A stretch of 64,000 bases of DNA. Origin: the human T2T-CHM13v2.0 reference genome, Homo sapiens. The stretch lies in assembly GCF_009914755.1 (NCBI RefSeq), contig NC_060938.1. One strand, given 5' to 3'. Below, one piece after another: positions 60,396 to 64,000 of this stretch. A program made the translations under genes and the position numbers. The stretch's first letter is position 1, and each line of letters starts with the position of its first letter. The notes below the pieces were generated by a model. That model did no database searches and was not told the DNA's origin. It saw only the letters and a program-made list of their open reading frames with translations.

Positions 60396-63300
60396 CATGA
60401 TTTGGTGAGTTGTGACTTATTTTTAAAGGAAGATTTTTAAAGGAAGGAAGGAGCCAGAAGAGGAAGAGAAGCTAAATGACAAAAGTATTCAAGAGTGAGA
60501 CAGAGGTTTTAGGGAGTGGGAAGTTGCAAGATCCTGTTGTGGAATGGAGGAGTTGACCCAGGAGAGAAACACGCCATTCTGCTTATACTGTCGTTGAAGC
60601 TGCAAAGCTATCTTTCGAAGGGATGTGCATCGTGTGGGGTGGTGATCACTGGAAAGAATCCCACACTTAGAGGCTTTGGGAACAAGAAGGAGAGAAGGAG
60701 TGGGCCACAGAGTATTTGAGGTTTAGTACCTGACGACATAGCAACTGGGTAGAAGTCAAGCTATAGGATGACTTTGTCGTGTCGCAAGTCAATTGGTGCC
60801 TGCTCCTTGTGCATGAATGTATTTTGGGGCCATTTAATAAAAATTGCATGCCTTGGGGTTGAATAACACAGTGGGAAGTGTTGACTGAAATTGTTTTTGC
60901 AAGCAGGCATAAGTGTCAGAATTTAAGAGAATTGTATGCTGTAAAAAGATTATTTTAGAAGGAGGAACTTTTTCTAATTTTTCTCATTTGCCTGTAAGTA
61001 TTTGTCACACAATCATTTGCCTGCTTTTATAAATGTGGGATTTCTATTTACATGTCATATTTCATATTTTCCCATTAAAATGGCACATCTTGGGTTTATT
61101 TGGCATTTGTTCTTAGTCTACTTAGACTTTTAGGCATTGGAATGTTTACTTTTAAAAAAACAAGATTTTCTGTTATTGTTACTGACTTATGATATACCAC
61201 TAGGGCAAGATAAGGGCTTTTGAAGAACCGTAAGGGAATACATATTCCAGAGCGTATTTTCTTGAATTCCACTTACCTCCTCTAATTCACTGATCCTTAC
61301 CTGCCAAAGTCAACAGAAAGAAAGTGAATGAAAAGAAATTAAATTGATCAGACTCACAACTTGTTGGCAATTCTGATAAAAGACTTGAGATAGAGGATTT
61401 ACATATTGTTGATAAACCTTTACATCATTTATTGACTCATAGTCCCCTCTGTTTCTGAACCTGCATGAGTAACCAATAGTTGCTTAAATAGATAAAATTA
61501 GAATTCTTTCCATGGGATTCCTTTCTGTTTATAGGATAGGATCCCCATGTTATTGGCTAGTGATTTTTCCTTTCTTGCATTTGTTGGAATGGCCCATTGT
61601 TGAAGATCAACAGGCATTAATCAGTAGTGAATCAGTCTTGCCTCCTTGTCATCTTGTTATAGCAGCTCCTGCGACTGGACTGTGGTCATGCCTCGTGGGT
61701 TGGCAGTAGGGAACAGGACTTCCTTCAGACACTCGTGCTTAAGCAGCTGTTTCTCTTTCTCCAGAAAACACTGGTTTCCCCAGCCCCCAACTGGTTCTTC
61801 CCTGCTGAGAAGCCAAAATATGCCAAAGTCACTGCTAGACCAGTTCCATCCCGTGATAGTGCAAATGACTCCAGTGCCTTTCCCTCCCACCCAGATTTTC
61901 CCAACATAAGCTTTTCTCCTCTTTGTCAAGAGCTTATTCTGTCATCTTGTTTCCCTTTCCCTATAAATAATCTATTTTTTCCCACCAGACTCACGGAACA
62001 GAGGCGTGCCCCACGTTGTATGCTTGCACTGAGCATTCTTTCAGCGTTCTTTACTTGCTTGACCTTTTAGTTATTTTCTTTCATCCCTACCGAGGTCTCC
62101 AAACTGAGGTCGTGAAAGGTCAGAGTTTTAAAAATATATATCAACTGAATGCTTTTCTTCAGAAAACTGAGCACCTCACTTTCTGGATATTCGCAGAGGT
62201 TCCCTGGTCTGCAGTGACCCTTGCCACACATTTCTTCACTATTTTCACTTCATGGTTTAGATGCCCTGGTGATAGTGAGGAACTGTAAATAAGCACGGTC
62301 TGAAAGTGTCAGGAGGAGCTCAGATGATCCTGAGCTCTTTGGTCTTTCTCTTGGTTTAGAATTCCTCAAGACCTATTGTAGTGACTTCTTTTACTCGACT
62401 CAGAATTCCAGGGCTTTGGTGCTCCTTAAGTCTCAGAAGAAACGCATGGTTATGGTGTCTGTCAACTTGCTGTTTATTGAAATACCTTTTATTGTAATGC
62501 ACCAAGTAAAGACGAGGTGATGTGGGCACTAACTTAATGATATTACACAAACACACTTAATTGCACTTAGGGAGTTCAGCATGACATTAGTGATTTCATA
62601 CAGTGAATAAGTCTCTTCTCTTTTGTTTGACAAGTTTTGTTGTCGTTTAACAGATTTGCTTCATGGGAGGTAAACTTATACTTTCTAAGGATGAATGAGT
62701 GCTTTGCAACTAATGGGTCATATGTTGGAATTTAAACATATTAAAGAGTTAATTCATTTCAAGAACTTACTAGTAAATATGCACTACCCACAAGAGATTT
62801 TTAGAATAACCTCTTTTGAATGATTAATATTTATATGTAATCATGTGCATATTTTATTTGAGATTTTCAGGGTATAAATGTCGATGCAATTTCCTTTAAT
62901 AAAGGAATGATATATATGAGCCAAAGTAGTGATGTATTCATCATAGATAACGTCTCACTGATTTCCATTTGCCCCCGAAGGCATCCCAAATTTGGAAGGG
63001 CCATTGTTGTTTCATCATAGACTCCTTGGCCATGACTCTTATATAGACATCTGAGGAAATGCTGTGGCAAGTTTCTTGTACCTACTTTGGTAATTGTAAA
63101 CCATCCAGGACCGTATCCTTTAGGTTTAATTTATCTTGCTCCTCTTTGCCCCTCTTTTCCAAGGGAGGGTTTAGAAGATGAATTATACTCAAGAGTTAGT
63201 GTTTCTCCAGAAGATCAGACCACAAGTTGTAGAAAGCACACCAGAACTTTGCACTTCTGCCCTTTATCTTAATTCCTAGCCCATGCTTAAGCCTTTTAGG

Positions 63301-64000
63301 ATCTATCTACATCCACCTCACATAACCATCTAGAATTCTCCCAAAATCTTGTTTCAGTAGCCTGGGAATCATGGCAGTTATATCTGCATTTGTGTGTTTC
63401 CTGGCCATATAGTAAAAATGGCAAAAGAGATTTATATGGTCAAATCCCTAGCCTTTCCATTCCTTTGCTTTATAAATGAATAACAGTGATCTAAAAGCGA
63501 AAGAATGTAGCTAACCAGTGTCATTTGGGATCTTCTGAAGTAGTACGGAAACTCCACATTCTTCAGACCAACTTGCGGCATGCCAGCACATTCCTCTCCG
63601 ATGAGGTGGAGGAATACTGGTGGCTGGCCTGGGACTTGTAGGACTGGGGCGGGGAGCTGCTGTTTAAAAATACATTTAATTATATTCCTTCTCTGCAGTA
63701 ACATTGATACCATTTTTAGCCCATTACAAATACTGTGATTTTCATTTAAATCACGTCCATTATCTTATTGACCTAGTTTTTATTTTGTAATCAAAATGTT
63801 CTATTTCTGGATAGCCTCACCCAGAATCTTTTTTTTTTTAAAGGTTACAGACCCTTTGTGCAGTTTTTTCCTTTCGTATCTGCGTACAGATGGGCTGCAT
63901 CTGTGTTCACACAGCAGAAAATGGTACTATATTGTTCCCTTTAAGAGTGTGGGTTTTCTCTACTTAATCTCGGACTCTTCATGGAGACACAGCTGGCAAG

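Noticed and set aside
60051-60398. 115-aa ORF with reverse-transcriptase-associated motifs
   Set aside because: Degraded L2 ORF2; no sign of domestication
61750-62070. Good acceptor (tttctctttctccag, 61764) within overlapping ORFs
   Set aside because: No convincing paired donor or recognisable peptide
62925-62965. GTGATGT...CTGA resembling snoRNA C/D boxes
   Set aside because: Imperfect C box, spacing too short, no terminal stem

Overview
Primate (very probably human) non-coding nuclear DNA; no prokaryotic-type system is present. I recognise about 21 Alu copies or monomers (FLAM/FRAM, AluJ, AluS, AluY), truncated L1PA/L1MB/L1ME fragments, many L2 and MIR fossils, ERVL/MaLR solo LTRs (LTR33, MLT1B, MLT1D, MLT2B), hAT DNA-transposon fossils (MER20B, MER102, MER5A, MER63, Charlie1, MER1B, MER3) and several microsatellites. 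No known protein-coding exon or RNA gene is recognisable; the supplied ORFs are almost all Alu/L1/L2 read-throughs or chance frames. Mostly antisense L1s and an apparent T/G excess on the + strand suggest a large intron of a gene transcribed left to right (gene not identified). Best candidates for undescribed biology: (1) a compact repeat-free unit at 39316-39738 (RFX X-box, MYB site, CpG patch, Kozak ATGs, acidic ORF, splice donor and AATAAA) that looks like an alternative first exon or microprotein gene; (2) a promoter-like cassette at 17361-17660 where a (TG)n tract runs into three tandem CACGTG E-boxes beside four CCAAT boxes; (3) a 55-bp templated copy of upstream DNA captured inside an Alu and later hit by an AluY; (4) a patchwork templated insertion in a MER3. 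Repeat subfamily calls come from remembered consensus features, not a RepeatMasker run, and boundaries of old repeats are approximate.
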